From the human T2T-CHM13v2.0 reference genome, Homo sapiens, in assembly GCF_009914755.1 (NCBI RefSeq), contig NC_060936.1: a DNA stretch of 64,000 nucleotides; one strand, written 5' to 3'. Shown one piece after another: positions 31,876 through 46,852 of the stretch. Each line of letters starts with the position of its first letter. Positions within the stretch are counted from its first letter, which is position 1. Under the pieces are notes generated by a model. It searched no databases and was not told the origin of the DNA. It saw only the letters and a list, made by a program, of their open reading frames with translations. The position numbers and the translations under genes were made by a program.

Positions 31876-33755
31876 GCTCCATGGGTTTTGTAGGCATGTC
31901 TATACAGTTTGCCCAATAGTATGGTTTGTGGATGTGGATCATTTACTATGGCACTTAGTAAATTTTCCTGTCTTCCCATCATCCATAGGACAGAGAGAAA
32001 GTATGGCAAGACATACTGGCTTTGTTAGGCCTATCACTGTGATTTTTGAAGTGTTTCTGATACTCAGTGAAAAACGTACTACAAGATATTTTGGCTAACA
32101 TTCATCCTAGCTCTCTTCTTGTATGCTGAGAATGGAAAGCAGAAACAATATTCCTAGACTCTTTAGAAATATTATTGCATGAGACTTTGATTAGAAGAAT
32201 GAATGTAGCAGACAGAGGTAGAATATTGGGGCACAGGTTGCTGCAGAGGTGACATGGTTCTGGAGCCAGCATATTAAGTGGTGACCTCCTAATGTGGAGA
32301 TGGTTTCCTGATCCAGATTCTTCCTGTCACAGTGGTGGCAGTGTTTCAGTCACATCAGAATTAGTATGGTTTTGCAGTCAACAATAGTGCAAATAGACTC
32401 CTGATTTATTATCTTCCTGCATTGGCGATGGTTGCTTTTTCATTCACAGTAGTGGCAGAATGTTTCTGAGGGCTAGAAGTTGGTCCTGGGAGATTAGCCT
32501 GGAGCCAGTTCCTCCAGCTGTTCAAATTTATGTAAGCACTGAATTCCCTACATAAAACTCTTTCTGCTTAAACTAGTTAAAGTGGATTCTGTTGTGTGCA
32601 ATGGAGCTCTGAGTGATAAAGTAATTAGCAGAAGTGGTTGCAGGCAATAGAACATAAAAAATAGGACTTTATTGTATGTACAGGCTATTATGGCACTGAG
32701 TGAGCAATTACTTAAATTATCACTTCTGGTTATCTGAAATGCTATTGAAGGCAAGGATTTGGAAGAGAGAATGACTATTGTGATAGACAATCATAGGGGG
32801 CATGAGGAAGAAAAGGACTTTGGGGTGGGTTTTTTTTTTTTTTTTCAAATTGTGTTTGTGAACGAAAAGAAAGTGATAGGCTCAATATTTTAAATTCTTA
32901 GCTCTAGGAACTGTCTGAGAATCAAGGAATTTCTACAACTGTTCTCGAAAAAGCTGTCATCTTTTGTAGCCTCAAGACTAATTTAGATGGAAATCAGATG
33001 GAAAGCCTGATGCTGCAGTTTGTTGAATTATAAGGTAGGTTGAATTTACAGTTTTACCATTTGTTTTTCAAAAAATTGAAAACATTGCCTTAGAATGAGA
33101 TAGACCTCATCATTGAAAGGGTTTCATTTAGGAGGATTTGAATATATATGCATACCCTTGAACCTTACCAAGTCTCTCTTGCCAGCTAAAGCAGCTCCTC
33201 CTTTGCCTGATGATGTTGATTTTGCCTCCCTTGAATACCTATAACAGCTTGTCTGAGGCAGGTTCCTCTCAAAGGGATGACGGTTCTCTTCTTGCAGTAT
33301 CTTTACTAACTTTATTGTTACCACATCCATAGCCAGTCAGATTCCTGCATATCTCAGGCAACAATTGCAATGTCAAGCCTTAGGGGAAAAGGTTTTTAAA
33401 TGAAATGAGTTAAATAATTTTTGTGAAGATATTTATAACAGCAGAAAACTAGAGATTATGTGTGGGAAATGGATTTTGATGTTGCTAGACCAAGGCTTTG
33501 ATAGGTCTAAATTCATGATATGGACACAATTACCAGAGATGTGGGATTCAGTGTGTAGGCTGAGCATCTGAGAGTATTTATGTTTGTTCTGATAACTGAT
33601 GAATCCTAGACTTAATGGCGGCTTAAGCTAAATGAAATTGAGATGCCGTACATTTTTGAATATCTTAAAAAAGAAGAAATGCACATCTTAGAATGGGTTT
33701 AACATGTAATTAGTTTAATTGTCCTACAACTATGTCTCTCAAGGGTACTCAAATC

Positions 33756-34125
<370 letters not shown>

Positions 34126-34289
34126 CTATAGGCTGGAAATAAAGACAGACATGTTGCCATTCAAATGGTATCACAACTTTAATGGGGATGTAGAATTTTA
34201 TGTAATGAAGGCCAACTCTGGCGACAACCACATCAGAAAGCCTGAGCAGAGTTACCTCGATAGGCGGAAGGGTAAGGGTGGTTTGATGG

Positions 34290-34913
34290 TGTTGTGCTGA
34301 ACTCTTATTAACCTCAATAGGGAAGGCGCCAGGTTCAAGAGGCTGAAGAGAAGACCCAGAGCCAGAAAATGAGACATGGGGTTTTAATAGGGTCTTACAT
34401 GCAGGGGAGAGAGTCCAGTGGTGGTGAGCTGAACAGAACTACCTTACTTACAGAAATGATCCTGTGGTGGCAGGCTGGACAAGATGTCCACCTTACATAC
34501 AGTCCAGTGGCAGTGGGCTGGCTAGACAAGTTATCTACCTTACATACAGTCCAGCAGCAGCGAGCTGGACAAGATAACCACACGACCCAGTGATGACAGA
34601 ATGGGCAGGAAAACTGCCACTGCTTGCAAACAGCATGTAGTTTGTATAGCATTTTCACTTAACAACACTTTCCTCACTGACCTCCACCTGGCAACCCTCA
34701 CTTAACCCAAAACTCGGGGCCTCAATCCCCTATAAGTCCTGTGTTGCAAGGGATGAGCTAGGGGCACAGATGTTTTTCACAGACTAGGAACAAATCTCTG
34801 GGCCGGCCACTTCCAGATTCCCAAGCTTGGAACACACATTCAGGGGCACCTGCCATACAGGGTCATTCTAAGGGTATGCTTACATTATTGCTATCAGGTG
34901 CATTTACCCTACA
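34290..34913 (-). mobile_element. Solo LTR (LTR32-like, ERVL class) nested in ERVL internal sequence
   Basis: tg...ca ends; reverse complement tgtagggtaaatgcacctgatagcaataa; internal tandem units of about 42 bp. Confidence 0.7.
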
Positions 34914-35548
34914 GCTGACATAAATGTTTAGTGTGGTTTATTGATCTTGGGGCCCTAGGAATAAAATAGATGGGCAGCTCACTAAAAACTCAAGGTCTGT
35001 GAACAAACACCTGAAATGAGATACTATGATAATCATGGCCTCCCCACCAATTCCCAGATCTGTCAGCACGTGGATGAGCCTCTTGAATGAAAGGGAATCA
35101 TTGCTCTCTCTGTGACTTTGGATTATTCCTTCTTTGTTACACCAAGGGACTTCTGGAATCTTTATTCATTCTAGTATACCATCAAATTCAAGTTTTCAGT
35201 TCACCAATGATCCTTGAAGATAGACTACCAACATCTCACAAGCACATACCATAAATCTTCCTCCCATTGCTGATAATAAGTTAATAATGTATGGAGTAAA
35301 AGAAAATACTCAGATCTTTCAGCAATTATTGATATTGGTTCTGAAATAACACTAATCCCTGGGGACCAAACTGCCACTACGGTCTACTTGTCAGGGTGGG
35401 AGGCTTATAGGTTCTAGTGAGAAATGCAGTTTTAGCCAATGTCTACCTCAGAGTATTTTTTGGTAGATTTATGTGTATATACTATGATTATTTTTCCAAT
35501 TCCTGAGTATAGAATTTATATATACATGTATGTATATATAAACATACA

Positions 35549-36215
35549 TAGTCACACTTTGCTTAACTTAATATATAATAAGTCACACATATTCTGAGAA
35601 ATGCATTTTTTTTTTTTGAGATGGAGTCCTGCTCTATCGCCCAGGCTGGAGGGTCAGGGGCACGATCTTGGCTCACTGCAAGCTGCGCCTCCTGGGTTCA
35701 CACCATTCTCCTGCCTCAGCCTCCTGAATAGCTGGGACTACAGGCGCCCGCCACCACGCCTGGCTAATTTTTTTGTATTTTTAGTAGGGACGGGGTTTCA
35801 CCGTTTTAGCCAGGATGCTCTTGATCTCCTGACCTCATGATCTGCCCGCCATGGCCTCCCAAAGTGCTGGGATTACAGGTGTGAGCCACCGCCCCCGGCC
35901 GAGAAATGCATTGTTAAGAAATTTTGTTGCTGAGTGAACATCATAGAGTGCACTTACCTTATACAAACCTAGATGGTTATAGCCCACTGCACACCTAGGC
36001 TGTATGCCATAGCCTATTGTTCCTAGGCTACAAACCCGTACAGTGCAATACTGTACTGAGTACTGTAAGCAATTGTAATGCCAGGGTATTTGTGTATCTA
36101 AAGATATCTAAACATAGAAAAAGTATAGTAAAAATACACTATTATAATCTTATGGGACCACTGCCATATATGTGGTTCATTTTTGACAGAAATGATGTTA
36201 TGTGGCACATGACTG
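35549..36215. mobile_element. Tigger3a (MER7A/Golem) split by AluY
   Basis: ttctgagaaatgc, acaaacctagatgg, cacacctaggct, terminal catgactg. Confidence 0.85.
35606..35900 (-). mobile_element. AluY
   Basis: Perfect TSD gagaaatgcatt at 35596-35607 and 35901-35912. Confidence 0.95.
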
Positions 36216-36231
36216 TGTATGTACATGTGGA

Positions 36232-36326
36232 GATATATATATATACACACACACACATATACACATATATACACATATATACACACATATATATACACAT
36301 ACATATATCTATGCACACACATATAC
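36232..36326. repeat. (TA)/(CA) compound microsatellite
   Basis: Seen directly. Confidence 0.9.
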
Positions 36327-36830
36327 AATTACCAGCAGAATTCACACATGCCATACTCTCTGTGGTAACTAACAATCCTCCTTTTGAAGAACAGCTCTTG
36401 GTGTGCTATGAGACTCTAGCAGGGACTAGATATCTATATGAGCTATTTCTCATGAATTTGGCAGTGTCTGATTCACCAAGTCATAAATTATGGCATAATC
36501 AGCAGTGCTCTATCCTTAAGTGAAAGTATTACATATTTCTAAGGCTTGTGCAGGTTCCTCTGATGCGCTCCATTCTTCCTTTAACCCACACCTAGGACTG
36601 GATGGGAAGTTTCATATGACCTGAGAAAGAAAAATACCAAATCCTGTATAAAGATGATTTCTCAAGACATGGGGCATGAGCTGGAAGTAGACTGGCTGCT
36701 GAAGCATTACAGCTTTGCTCAGGGGGGTTAATGAAAGACAGAGGAGAAGGAAATCCTCCCAATGGGCAGAACATACAGTGATAAATCTAATAGTCTATTT
36801 TGCCTAGAATGGAAGAATAAAAGGTAGATG

Positions 36831-36833
<3 letters not shown>

Positions 36834-36875
<42 letters not shown>
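36834..36875. repeat. (GT)21 microsatellite
   Basis: Seen directly. Confidence 0.97.
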
Positions 36876-36876
<1 letters not shown>

Positions 36877-39118
36877 TCAATCATGGGCAATAGCTAATGG
36901 CTAAGGGTTGGAAAGATTTGAGGACTGACGACAAATGTTTGAGGAAGAAATAGGTAGATGACCCTTTGGATGCGCCCAGGGGCTGAGGCATGTGTCCTTT
37001 ATGATTACTCTCCAAAAGGTCTCACTCTGAGACATGGTTCTTAAAATCAAGTGAACATGATGGTCACTTGTTAGGTGAGAGAGAAACTCTTTCTCCAGCC
37101 ACTCCAGTGTTGGCTCAATAGGCTAATCAGCAAAGTGACTATGGTAGCACAGGTGGATTTCTCTATGAGTTTAAGTACATGAACTTTCTTCCACCGTAGT
37201 TGATATGGTTATATATCAACTAACTGCCCAAACTGCAAGGAACAGAGAATCATGCCTTGGTAGTCTGGTGGTAGACAGATTATATGAAGCCCTTTACATC
37301 ATGGAAAGAACAGTAATTTTCTGCCCTGGAAATGGATTATTCAATCTAGATTTGGATTTACCTTCTCTGCTTACAAAGCTAACATCTGAGGACTACTAAA
37401 CAGATTATTTGCAGTATCCCACACAATACTTTTTCTGACCAAATAATGAATTTTTATAGCAAAAGAAATAAAGCATCAGGTTGATGCTTAAGGGACTTCA
37501 CTGGTAATACCAATCCAGAAGCAGTTGCTGTATACAATGATGGAATGGCCTACTGAAGACTCATTTATGACAGCATGTAAGTAACACACCTTGTGGGATT
37601 AAGGTGCTTTCTTACCAGATGTGTTATTTACTTTAAACCATTGATAAACATATTTCTCCCATAATTGGAATACATGGAGCCTGAAAATGTAATGGGAGAC
37701 ATGGGAATCACATCTCTCAGAATTATATCAAATGTCCTACTTATAGCATTTTGTTTCTTGCTGCTGAAATTTTAGGCTCTGCTTGTTCAGAGGCCTAAGT
37801 ATCTAAGAGAAGACTGTGTCCTCCAGGGGTACAAAAATTTAACTGGAAGACGAAACTATCAACTGGCTTTCTTAGGAAAAAGAGGCTAATCCTATATTGG
37901 TGGGCATAATTGATTCTAATTATGAAGGGAGAAACAGAGAGAGGAGTATGGCTACAACACTAGTCATTGTATGCCATATAATGCTAGACATTCTAGAATG
38001 TCTCCTATAACTGCCAGTCTATAACTGAAGGACTAAAGCAGATATGCATATTTTGGAGATTGTTTTGTTGTTTGGAAATACTAGTATGAGAAAATAGGTT
38101 TTATGTAGATACTGGGTAAACTGAAAGCAGCTTTTTAAAAGAAATATTCCAAATTTTCTAGAATGAAAGGTTGACAAACTAAAAACCACATTTTCAGGCT
38201 CTCTTGCAGCTGGAGTTCTGGACATAATTTAGATGATACCAATCAGAAGCATCTTTTTGTATGTGATAGATTTATTATTAATTGATTCACATGGGTAGTT
38301 CTCATTGATGTGAGACATCCATTTTGCTTATATAAACAGAGGAGGATAGAGGTTGTATGGTTCTGGGGTCATCTGCTAAAGCTTTCTCATTTAGAATGTG
38401 ACTCCCTGATTCAGTAGGTTCTTGCAGAAGAAGCTTTCTTGATCATAGCAGAGACAGTGTGAATTTGGGAGCTGTTCAGATTCAATCCTGCTCCTCTTGA
38501 CCTTCCAGCAATTTTGTTAAGTACATAGATTTCTACATTGGATCCTGTTATGTTTTGACTAGCTAGGATGGATTTTATTTTCTGCAATTGAACTTGTCCA
38601 ACATCTCTTCCCTCCAACTGGAGATATTAGTGAAATTTTTTTTTTCTGATAAATTTCCACTTCCAATCATGTCATGCTATTCTTTTGAGAAGGTAAACAA
38701 TGTAGATTATTGGCAACTTGTTTTAATTTAGTCCAAATGTAGACAATGTTTCTCAAATGTTCTGCTCTAAGGTTAGGATTCTGTCTTATTTACAGGACTG
38801 AGTTTCTTTACTAATTTTGATTCTTTCTTAGAAATTTATTTTCAACAGAAAAGAGACCTTTAATAAGTTATTACATAAAAAATCCTGAACTGATTTATTT
38901 TAAAGTTATTTTAATTTCAAGCTCAGTTTACATTCTGTTGCTCAAGCTGGCAAGCTATATAACCATGCCTTCCTCATCTATTTGGGGATTCCTTGAAATA
39001 GGAGAACAGATTTGTCTAAAGATATCCTCTCCAGTTCTCAAGTTATGTCAATGAAACAGACTTTTTTTTTTTTTTTAAAGAAGACCAAGTGTTCAATTCT
39101 ACAAACCAGTGGAAGTTT

Positions 39119-39262
39119 CAGTGGTTCTCAACCTTGGCTATACACAGAATAATATGGGAAGCTGCTAAAAAGTATTAATGCAAGGGTCACAACTCTGATA
39201 AATCATTCTCTTAGGGGGTATGCATTTTTAATAACCTCCCCCAGATGTTTCTGATTCACAAT
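39119..39262. mobile_element. MER5
   Basis: cagtggttctcaaccttggct start. Confidence 0.7.
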
Positions 39263-39264
39263 TA

Positions 39265-39800
<536 letters not shown>

Positions 39801-40451
39801 TTGGTGACTGATAATCACAGCTTTAGTGGAATCACTCGGACTTTGGGGTTAGATCTTAGGACAAAAGAAAAAGCCAGAGAATCACAATGTTATACCAGAT
39901 TTAGGCTATGTGGCAACTTGGCAACTTCCACAAGGTAGAATGGAGAGAAGTGACAATAAATAGGAACGGTATGGGCTGGAAGCAGGAGCTAGTCGACCAG
40001 AACGTATCGTCTTGGTAGAATGGCAGGCTCAAGTCCAGTTCAAGCTGGCATAAGGTGTTAAGGCTAGTATAGCCCATTTAAGGGTGGATTACAATAATGA
40101 GACTTGTCAAGGGCTGGATTTCTTAAAGTGATGACTTCTGAAGTAGATAACAAGAATATGAGAGCCAGGGTCCAATTTCAGTGACAGGAGTAGTAGAGAA
40201 TAGATACATGGTTCTGGAAACTGGTTTTCAGAACAATGCTCTTGACTTAATGTGAAAATTGGAAAGTAAGTCTTGAGGCCTAAAAAGCCAACAAGGACAC
40301 GCAATGAGGTTAGAGAAGATTTAACAGAAGACTAAATCTATCCCCATGGTCAGCTGATGTGGGAACAGCTGACTATCATTAAACTCACTTGTTGGTGGTG
40401 TAAAGAATCTTTTTAATACTGATATGGCCCTCATTGGTCTACTTTCTGGAG

Positions 40452-40655
40452 CAGTGGTTCTCAAACTTTAGTGAGCATCAGGACCACCTGGAGTGGTTGT
40501 TCAAGCAAGGATTGCTTGGCTCTACCTTTGATGTTTCTGGCTCCATAGATCTAGGATGGACCTATTCCGACTCAAAAGGTCTGGGGTGGATGAAGAGTTT
40601 GCTCTTGTAACAAGTTTTTAGATGCTGCTGGTTTGGAGACCACTTTAAGAATAAC
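40452..40655. mobile_element. MER5A
   Basis: cagtggttctcaaacttta...gatgctgctggt...ccactttaagaa. Confidence 0.8.
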
Positions 40656-42229
40656 TAATCTTGTGTGCATGTAGTAGACAATTTATATGTGAATGCTTAA
40701 AAAGGTAAAGCATTATATATGTGTGCCCATCTCCACAATTTCTCTCTCTCTCTGCCTTTCTCTCTCTGCACAAATAGTAAATAGGAAAACTCAGAGAATG
40801 TAGGAAAGCAACTTTTGATAGTTGGAGACAGGGTGTTATAATAGATATCCAGGAAGCTAATCTATTCGAGAGCTTCTGGGTAATGGGAAAGAATCCTCCA
40901 GATAATACTCAACCAAGAAGTTATTATTTCTTCCTAAAGCTAAGGAGACCAATAAGTTCTCTTCTATCATAACAGTGGCCACGTGTTTTAGCAAGGGTTA
41001 CTGGCCCTTTTCAGTGTGCCTATTATCAGAATTCCTTGATATAAATTAACTTGTGCTCTTCTCTCAGTTTCCTTTCTCACCTTCACACCACCAAAGATAG
41101 ATTCTCCTCAAAAGGAAAATTAGGGATTTAGGGAAGGAATCTTTAGAAAAAGAGGCCTTATCTAAATGTCCAAGAAAAAAAAAATAGGATTAGTTTTGTT
41201 AGTCCAAAGCTTAAGGAAAAGGGGAAAAGACCCAGGCTCTCACTTACAAGTGTTCTAGCTCTGCTTTGTATAAATGTGAGAAGGGCTCTTTCTAATGTAG
41301 CTTAGGCTTAAAAAATTATTTGGATGATTATCTGATAGATGACAGGAAAATATAATGAGAAAGGGGACTTTTTCTAATTTACATTGAGTCTCCATTTGGG
41401 CTAGCAGATTCCCGGCAGAATCTCTGGTTAGGGGAGATTGGTGGACAAAAGGAGAGGAGTATAGCCTGGTATGAAAGATTGTGCCCAGATGTCCTGGTCC
41501 ATTTCTGAGGGTGCGCCTATATTTGTGTTGCTGCCTAGAAGTTGTCAAGTGAGTGGTCTGAGAGAAGGACCAATGAGAGGGATACTTTTCTCATGCTGCA
41601 GAACTGAGTGGGACCAGGGAGCCAACACAAGGCCACTGCCTTTGGGATAGCTCCCAGAAGAGGGTGTCTTAGTGACTAAGAATGCTATGGCCTATGTTTC
41701 CCAAGAGCTCTCCTACTGATTGTCCTATCATTATATGAGTCATATTGTCACCTGTCCATGCCTGAAGACTTGCTCACCAATCTTCCAGCTGTTGAATTTG
41801 TGAGACTTTAAGTTGCCCACATTCAGAGTCATCAAATGAGTGGGATAATATACTACATGAGCCTTCAGTCTTCACATGCCCACTGTTCAATTGCCCTGTG
41901 AGAATGCTTTCTCCCAAAACCTAATAACACTCTTAAGGCACAAGAGGGTTCTAGACATTTAATGGAGTAAGTTTTTGAGAAGGACCTGCCATATCTCTAC
42001 CACTGGACAGGGTAAGGGCATATCAGTATCTTCCAAGAAAGGCACAAATGGAGGAAAATATATCTCTTATACATAGAAAGCTACATGGCCAATGTCTTGG
42101 CTCTTCATTCATCTATTAAGTAACAAACGGGACGGAATATATGGTTCAACTGAAGTTGGTTAATGTATGACCTATATATGATTGCAGACATAAAGATTGA
42201 GAACACTGCATGACAGCTAACCTTGATTC

Positions 42230-42480
42230 AAGAATTACTGCATGCCAGATACAATTCTAAGCCTTTCACAAGTATTATCTTATTAAATGTCCAAGCAAGT
42301 CTATCAAGTAAGCATTTTTTAATTTTCTCATCTTAAATATGAGGCAACCAAGTTTAACTCAGGTCTGCGTGTATAGTGCCTGTACAAGCAGTGCCTATAT
42401 AGTGCCTACAGTACAGCACTATACTGACTCTGTAGGACAGAGTTATGTAATTAATGTATTCCAGTTTAGATTCAAGGGTA
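42230..42480 (-). mobile_element. MIR (interrupted)
   Basis: tgccagatacaattctaagcctttcaca...tctcatcttaaatatgagg. Confidence 0.55.
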
Positions 42481-43567
42481 TGACCAATATAACACTGACT
42501 GGTAGTCATTAGGGATGGGCACCAATATGAGTAGGGGTGGGAAATATCAAAGAAGGTTTCAAGTACAGGAGATGAAAGTGACATGGAGTAGAACCAAACC
42601 TAAGATAATACCATGGCCACTCATAACTAAAGTTTTCATCAGTGTCCTAATAATTCCAGGATTAAAAGATGCTTCATGAGAAGTTGGTTCCAATGTTAAA
42701 TATGCTTACTAGAAGCTGCAGAGGATAGCTGCTTCTTAAAGATGCATAGTATAAATTAGCTTATTACCAGAACCTGTTTAATGTTGGTTTTACTCAACAT
42801 TTTTCAAACATATGTGGTTGCAGATCTCTTTTATGTGTAACAACAAATTCCCCCAAAGGCTCTGCTGCCCTAGTGAGATGAGATTAGTAGTCAACTTCAG
42901 AAACACATTGAAGGTATATCAGAATACTATCTTTTATTAGTGTATTGCACTTAAAATTTTTATTCTTGTATTTATGTTTGAGCTACTGACTAGTGAGCTA
43001 TAAATAATTCATTCCAAAATAAATTATTTTAACTACATCTTTCATTGTTTCTATAATGCCCAAATAATAAAATAATGCCTTCAGATATTAATAATTAGAA
43101 ATATGTGTTTGGGGACCCCAATGCCATTTGCAATCATTATCTGGTGTCACAATTGGGCAGAATAAAATAAAGTGGAAATGAAGTGACTTTGTGGATAGAC
43201 CTTAAAGTGACACAAAGCTAGGAGAGGTTGCTGTGACCTGATAGTGGGTAGGAAAGGATTACTATTCAGGTGCTCACCAGCTATCTGACTAAAGGTTTCA
43301 CTTAACATTAGAGAGAAATGGCACAATTTCCCATGATACATAATTCATAACAGGAGAAAGATGCAAATATGAGGTTTAAATAAATAGGAAAGTACCCAAA
43401 ACCCAGAACATAGGACACTCTTGAAATAGCCTCCCTGGCACCTTCCTTGAAGGACCTACTTATCCCACCCGCATTGTTCCTGCACGTGCTCTTGTGTTAC
43501 TATAGTGACCCCATAATGCTGGGTGCAAATTAAAGGGAACCAATACTTCAATGGGACTTAAAAAAGG

Positions 43568-44870
43568 ATTTTATTATGAAATAATTGTAAACTTAAAGAG
43601 TTACAAGAATGGGACAAAAAAGTCCCATATGCCCTTTGTATCCTTCATGTAGATTGAGCAGTTGTTATCATTTTGCTACATTTTCTTCCTCTCTCTTGCT
43701 CTGCGCGCGCACACACACACACACATTAATTTTTCCTGAACTGTTTTTAAGTTGCAGACATTACATACCTTTATCCTCAAATACTTCAGTGTGAATTTTC
43801 TAAGAACAAGGACATTCTTAATTATAGTATGATGCATTGCAAAATGGCTAAATATTCTTCCCATACCTGTATGCATGTCGTTTTATAATATAATTTTGAT
43901 GCTCTTCCTATCAAGAGAACCGGTCTATTTCTTCAACCCCTGAATCTGAACTTAGCCATGTGACTTGCCTTGGACACAGAATATTAAACGTTGATGTAAG
44001 CAGAAACTTGAAAAATGCTTGTGCTTTGGGACTTGCTCTCCCTTGATACTGGGCATGTGTCTGCCACCACGTGAACAAGCCTGTGCTAGGCTGCTAGGGA
44101 AAGAGAGACATTTAGCCATCCTCTTTGTCAACATCAAGCCAAGTGTCGTTAGTGTGAGTGAGGTCATCTAGACTATATAATTTCAGCTGAACCCACCCAG
44201 AATATAATTACTAGCCAATTCATAGAACCATGAGAAAGAATTAATGTTTGTGGCTTTAAACTATTAAGTTTTAAGGTGGTTTATTTGCACAGCAGAAACT
44301 AATCTACAAAGTAAAATGATAAAAATAGGAAATATAACATTAACACAATTTTATTGTCTAATCCATATTCAAAATTTTCCAATTGTCCTAAATATGTTTC
44401 TTATATCATTTTTTTCTTCCCAATTCATGTTCCAATCCAGATTTATGCTCTACAATTAGCTGTCACATCTCTTTCATTTCTTTTCATCTGGAACTCTTCC
44501 TTAGCCTATTTTTTTTCCTTCATGGATGATATGTTTGGATAGCACAGAGCAATTATTTTGAAGAACGTCTTTTAGTTGGAATTTGTATGATGTTTCTTTA
44601 TGATTAGATTTAAGTAATGTACTTTTTCTGTAAGAATACTACATAAATGATCCTATGTCCTTCTTAGTGCTTCATATCAGAGTACATGGGATGTTAGTTT
44701 GCCTTATTATTGATGGTATTAACTTTGTCATTTCATTAAGGTGGTGTCCACCTCATTTCTCCACTGTAATATTACTGTATTTCCTTTTGCTATTACTAAA
44801 TAATCTACAGGGAGCTATATTGTCAAAGTAAATATCTTGTTTTAATTCTACTTTCACACAATACTTTTTT
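43568..44870 (-). mobile_element. L1MC 3' end split by MLT1
   Basis: aaatacttcagtgtg...ctaagaacaaggacattct; resumes about 44310. Confidence 0.7.
43830..44308 (+). mobile_element. MLT1F/G-type MaLR LTR
   Basis: ccatgtgacttgccttgg, agcagaaacttgaaaaatgcttg, taagttttaaggtggttt. Confidence 0.75.
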
Positions 44871-44899
44871 AAAGTTTTAGTATGTATTATGCTTTTCAA

Positions 44900-45258
44900 A
44901 AAATTTTATTTTATTGTGGTAAGAACACAACCTGAGATCTACTCTTTTCATAGATTTTTTAAGTGTATCATATAGTCTTGTTCACTATAGGCACAGTATT
45001 GTACAGCAGTCCTCTAGAATGTATTCATGTTGAATAGTTGAAACTTTATGCTCAGTGATTAGCAATTCCCCTTTTTTGCCTGGCTGCAGTTGTTGGCAAC
45101 TACCATTCAATTCTTTGCTTCTATGAGTTTAACTATTTTAGATACCTCATCTAAGTGGAATCATGCACTGTTCGTTCTTCTGTGACTGACTTTTTTCATT
45201 TAGCATGATATCCTCAAGGTCCAGCCATGCTGTCCTACACTGCAGGATTTCTCTTCCT
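44900..45258 (-). mobile_element. L1MA9/10-type 3' end
   Basis: attgtggtaagaacac...ttgtacagcag...gatacctcat.taagtggaatcatgc. Confidence 0.8.
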
Positions 45259-45799
45259 TACCAGAACAAATTACTACCGTGGTGTTTGCAAAAGGGCCTC
45301 AATGGGATTTTTTGAACATAGGATTTGACAGCATCAAGTAAATCTCTTTGTTTGACTGAATCTATAAGATCAGCAATCAGTGGTAGCAGGTAGATATCAC
45401 TGGAAAGACTCCCTTTCATGTGGAACAAGCTGGTCAGCAGAGGAAAAAATGAAGCAGAGCTCTACTCCTGAGTCCCGGCTGCATCCTTGCCTTTCCCACA
45501 TCCAAAGTGTTACAGCTTCTTAGTTCTCAGAGTCAATGAGGTCACCTTTTTGCTTAAAGTTGGGCTTTTGTTACTTGTTATGAAAATAATTGTAACTCTT
45601 TACCTAATGGACCACCTATACTTACAAGTACAGCCCATTAAAAGTATACTGCCAATGCAAATATTACTAAGGTAAACAAGATCATGAGTGTGAATTATGA
45701 AGATAAGCATGCTACTATGATTCTATGAATAACCTCAAATGGCAAGAGCAATTCAGAAGAATTTTAGAGTCTGATTGTGAAGAAGGATCAACTCTGATC

Positions 45800-46422
<623 letters not shown>

Positions 46423-46852
46423 TAAAATACTCAAAAAGGGGGTGACAGGTATTTGCATGAGTAAATACATGCTATCTCAGTTAGTTAAAACTAATTGAGT
46501 GCATTAATGTAGTGGTATGATTTTTTTCTAAGAAACTGTTATTAAATCTATGGTGCACGTGTAGCCGATGTTATCTTAGAATGGGAAAAATATAGCAATT
46601 GAGTTGTTCAATGAAAAGTGGTTATTAACTTGTTTGAAAATTTTCAGTCACATTTCATTTATTTCAGAGATAATAAAGGAACTTAGAAAACTTGACTTTT
46701 AAAAGAGTTACTTCTCATTTAAAGATAGTACAAAAACTAAAATAGTCATTTTGATATTTTGATACCAAGGTTGCTGTGGATTTATTTAGAAGAACAAGTT
46801 GAATAATACCTTACAGAGAGGCAGAAAGCATGCAAGAAGAACAAGATAAATA

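Noticed and set aside
34405-34610. Repeats of about 42 bp resembling a CRISPR-like array (also the LTR12C modules)
   Set aside because: Degenerate tandem units inside LTRs, no unique spacers, eukaryotic context.
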